Below are positions 61,876 to 64,000 of a DNA stretch of 64,000 nucleotides, one piece after another. A program made the translations under genes and the position numbers. Source of the stretch: an uncultured cyanobacterium (GTDB lineage: Bacteria > Cyanobacteriota > Cyanobacteriia > Cyanobacteriales > Nostocaceae); assembly GCA_963740315.1 (NCBI GenBank), contig CAVUDP010000001.1, forward strand, positions 1,568,001-1,632,000. Reading direction: 5' to 3'. Within the stretch, counting starts at the first letter, position 1, and each line of letters starts with the position of its first letter. Under the pieces are notes generated by a model. That model was not told the origin of the DNA. It searched no databases and was given only the letters and a program-made list of their open reading frames with translations.

Positions 61876-62132
61876 ATAGGCTAATAACCCCTCTGATACT
61901 TAAAATACAGGTTTTAAAGGTTAATTCTAATCATTGTTAGTATGCATAATATTGTACTAATGAATCACCACAAGAATCAAGAATGTTTTTAGGCTATATC
62001 TTCTTTTCAATTCAAAATATAAATCAATTTTATATTTATCAATTTAAGAAAGAATATTTATAATTCCGCGATTTAGCTGTATTCAAAGGTGAGAAAATAT
62101 AGTAATAAAGGAACTTATCAATAAGGATAAAT

Positions 62133-62504
62133 GTGATGCCTAAAGTCAAACGAAATGAAATCCGAGAAGAGCGGATTAGCATGGAAGCAGTCGTCGATGC
62201 CTATAACGAGGATGAGCGGGCGATGGGATGGTACTATTACCTCGATGACAGATTGCAGTTTCCTTTTCAAGCAAGGTGGGTAAACCGTCAGCGTCCCCAA
62301 GGAAAGGAAGTTGAGGTAGTTGGAATGTCGCCAGAAGATGAGTGTATGCGGTCGATTTTTGTTGAGGTGCGTTACAGGGAAGGAGATGTTGATGATATAT
62401 TCTCTGCAAGGCTTTATGATATTCATCCAATTAATGTTGATGAGGAAACTGCTGAAGCCATAGCAAATTGGCATTACTGGATAAACATGGGATATGAATT
62501 TTAG
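62133..62504 (+). CDS. CcbP-like calcium-binding family protein
   Basis: EERISMEAVVDAYNEDERAMGWYYYL...LQFPF.A...AIANWHYW...GYEF. Confidence 0.75.
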   Translation: MMPKVKRNEIREERISMEAVVDAYNEDERAMGWYYYLDDRLQFPFQARWVNRQRPQGKEVEVVGMSPEDECMRSIFVEVRYREGDVDDIFSARLYDIHPINVDEETAEAIANWHYWINMGYEF

Positions 62505-62800
62505 TTGAGAGATTGCATATTAAGTAAAATTGAGAGTTTTATACTAAATTGCTTCACTGAATAACAACGCAAATATTTTAATTTTATGAGCTACATTAAA
62601 TCATTTATTTTCATCATCTAATTGAATAATGACTACCAAATTTAGCTAGAGCCGATAATAAAGTAGCATATTCGCGTTCTAAGCTTCCACCACCATTTAC
62701 GACACGATGTACAATGCCATGAGTACTAAATGCCTCAAAGCCTTTATGATGGAATCATGAAACCGTAAAAGTAGATATTTAATAAACTAGTTGAAAATAT

Positions 62801-63040
62801 ATGAAAAACAATAGTAAACAAATTTACAATTATACAGTTATTCTAGAAAAAGAAGCTGATGGAGGTTATCATGCTTTTTGTCCTGTTTTAAAAGGCTGTC
62901 ATTCTCAAGGCGATTCTGTTGAAGAAGCCATTGAAAATATTACAGAAGCTATTGAATTATATATTGAAAGTTTAAGGGCTGATAATCAGTCTATTCCCAA
63001 AGAAGATTTAATTGTGAAGCCATTAAGTATTTTGGCATGA
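62801..63040 (+). CDS. hicB: HicB-family antitoxin
   Basis: YTVILEKEADGGYHAFCPVLKGCHSQGDSVEEAIENITEAI. Confidence 0.92.
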   Translation: MKNNSKQIYNYTVILEKEADGGYHAFCPVLKGCHSQGDSVEEAIENITEAIELYIESLRADNQSIPKEDLIVKPLSILA

Positions 63041-63267
63041 GTAATTTTCCTACTGTTAAGGCTAAAGAATTTATCAAAGTAATTGAAAATAATGGTTTTT
63101 ATCTTGACCGTCAGAAAGGGAGCCATGCTATTTATAAAGATAGTAATGGACGAAGAGTGGTTGTTCCTATTCACGCGGGAAAAGATTTAAAGCAAGGCAC
63201 TTTGATGGGCATGATTCAAGATATTGGTATTGATAAAGAAACTTTTTTTGAGCTACTGGGAAAATAA
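63037..63267 (+). CDS. hicA: HicA-family toxin
   Basis: GF...RQKGSH..Y....GRRVVVPIH.GKDLK.GTL; ATGA overlap with hicB. Confidence 0.92.
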   Translation: MSNFPTVKAKEFIKVIENNGFYLDRQKGSHAIYKDSNGRRVVVPIHAGKDLKQGTLMGMIQDIGIDKETFFELLGK

Positions 63268-63425
63268 ATACGGTAATAGTAGTTCTTAGTCTATCAATAT
63301 CAATCAGTAATGTAGTTATATCATGTCCGGTTAAAAACTTATCATATCTGTGAGAACTGGTAATGGGTAAGCCAGTAAAAACAATTTTTTTGCTAGTCGC
63401 CATATCGTAAGTAATTAGCCGGACT

Positions 63426-63731
63426 TCATATTATTCCATTTGACCACTGTATTTCTTGATTTGGCTCTCCAATGTCACCAAATGGAACTATATCTACCTC
63501 AATATTAGTTGAAATATGTATAAATCTATGCTGAATATTTGTGGATCGGAAGCATGGATTACTTGTTTGAGTCATATTGGCATTTAAAGTTTGAAAATTC
63601 GACCAATTTCTAACTTGTACAGCAAAATCTAAATCGTTTGTAGCTCTACCTTCAATATTATATCGATTATCAAAGATTAAAATTCTTGCACCCGCTCCAA
63701 CTACCACTATTGATAGGCGCAAATTTTCCAC
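63426..63731 (-). pseudogene. Truncated AbiEii-like nucleotidyltransferase
   Basis: VVVGAGAR, RATNDLDFAV, VDIVPFG; only 101 aa and no AbiEi partner seen. Confidence 0.65.
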
Positions 63732-63745
63732 TATACTTTTTATTT

Positions 63746-64000
63746 ATGTCTCCTAAAAAATCATCAAATGCTTCTAAACGTGGTTCAGTACAGATAAAAA
63801 ATTCCAACGATAGACTTCAAATCGTTTTTTCTCACCCTATTACAACAGAAGCGGGAGAAATAAAAACCAAACGTTTTTATCTTTCAACTAGACATGATGA
63901 TACACCCTTGGGAAGACAGCAGGCTTCTACAATAGCTGCGAAAATTCAAAGGGATATCGATTATGGAGAATTCGATGCAACTCTGGCTAAATACAAACCA
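63746..64000 (+). CDS. Tyrosine integrase, N-terminal arm-binding domain (runs off the window edge)
   Basis: Not in the ORF track. MSPKK...GSVQIKNSNDRLQIVFSH...KRFYLST...DTP...A...AAKIQRDIDYGEFDATLAKYKP matches cyanobacterial integrase N-termini; catalytic domain not visible. Confidence 0.78.
   Translation, partial: MSPKKSSNASKRGSVQIKNSNDRLQIVFSHPITTEAGEIKTKRFYLSTRHDDTPLGRQQASTIAAKIQRDIDYGEFDATLAKYKP

Noticed and set aside
2708..62474. Numerous 60-150 aa ORFs antisense to or nested in longer genes (e.g. 2708-3076, 13792-14139, 33240-33689, 45915-46304, 50249-50692, 62118-62474)
   Set aside because: They overlap well-supported genes and show no recognisable motifs; treated as shadow ORFs.
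63167..63403. Minus-strand 78-aa ORF with an LPITS motif reminiscent of PemK/MazF
   Set aside because: Overlaps hicA on the opposite strand and has no other supporting motif; at most a small remnant.
1..64000. CRISPR array, tRNA or rRNA genes
   Set aside because: No regularly spaced repeat-spacer pattern or RNA gene signature noticed; the repeats found are intragenic or isolated hairpins.

Overview
AT-rich DNA that looks cyanobacterial (about ten GCGATCGC HIP1 octamers found by eye; Uma2, DUF1822 and CHAT/NACHT genes), probably from a filamentous strain, and resembling a plasmid or genomic island. About 18.1-57.8 kb encodes a phage-tail-like contractile injection system (eCIS/tCIS type): sheath, three tube-family genes, tail chaperone, Afp7-like, VgrG, PAAR, gp25, baseplate J and tail-I, DUF4255 cap, AAA+ ATPase, and two large single-pass membrane proteins. 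Between PAAR and gp25 lies a 13-kb polymorphic toxin array: an IS5 element, two DUF4157 effector genes each broken by one frameshift, HEXXH-peptidase, Tlde1-like, ADP-ribosyltransferase-like and nuclease-like toxin domains, candidate immunity genes, and an orphan toxin tip with an 89-bp homology patch that sits inside a broken glycosyltransferase gene. Divergent from the CIS is a sigma-like/DUF1822/CHAT-NACHT-membrane cassette. The left arm carries hicBA, Uma2, a partly decayed operon of membrane proteins + M23-lysozyme + FtsK-like ATPase, and a ruined XamI-like restriction-modification system. The right arm carries a TPR gene, a CcbP-like gene, a second hicBA, an AbiEii-like fragment and the 5' end of a tyrosine integrase. 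All family assignments come from motif recognition by eye; no searches were run.
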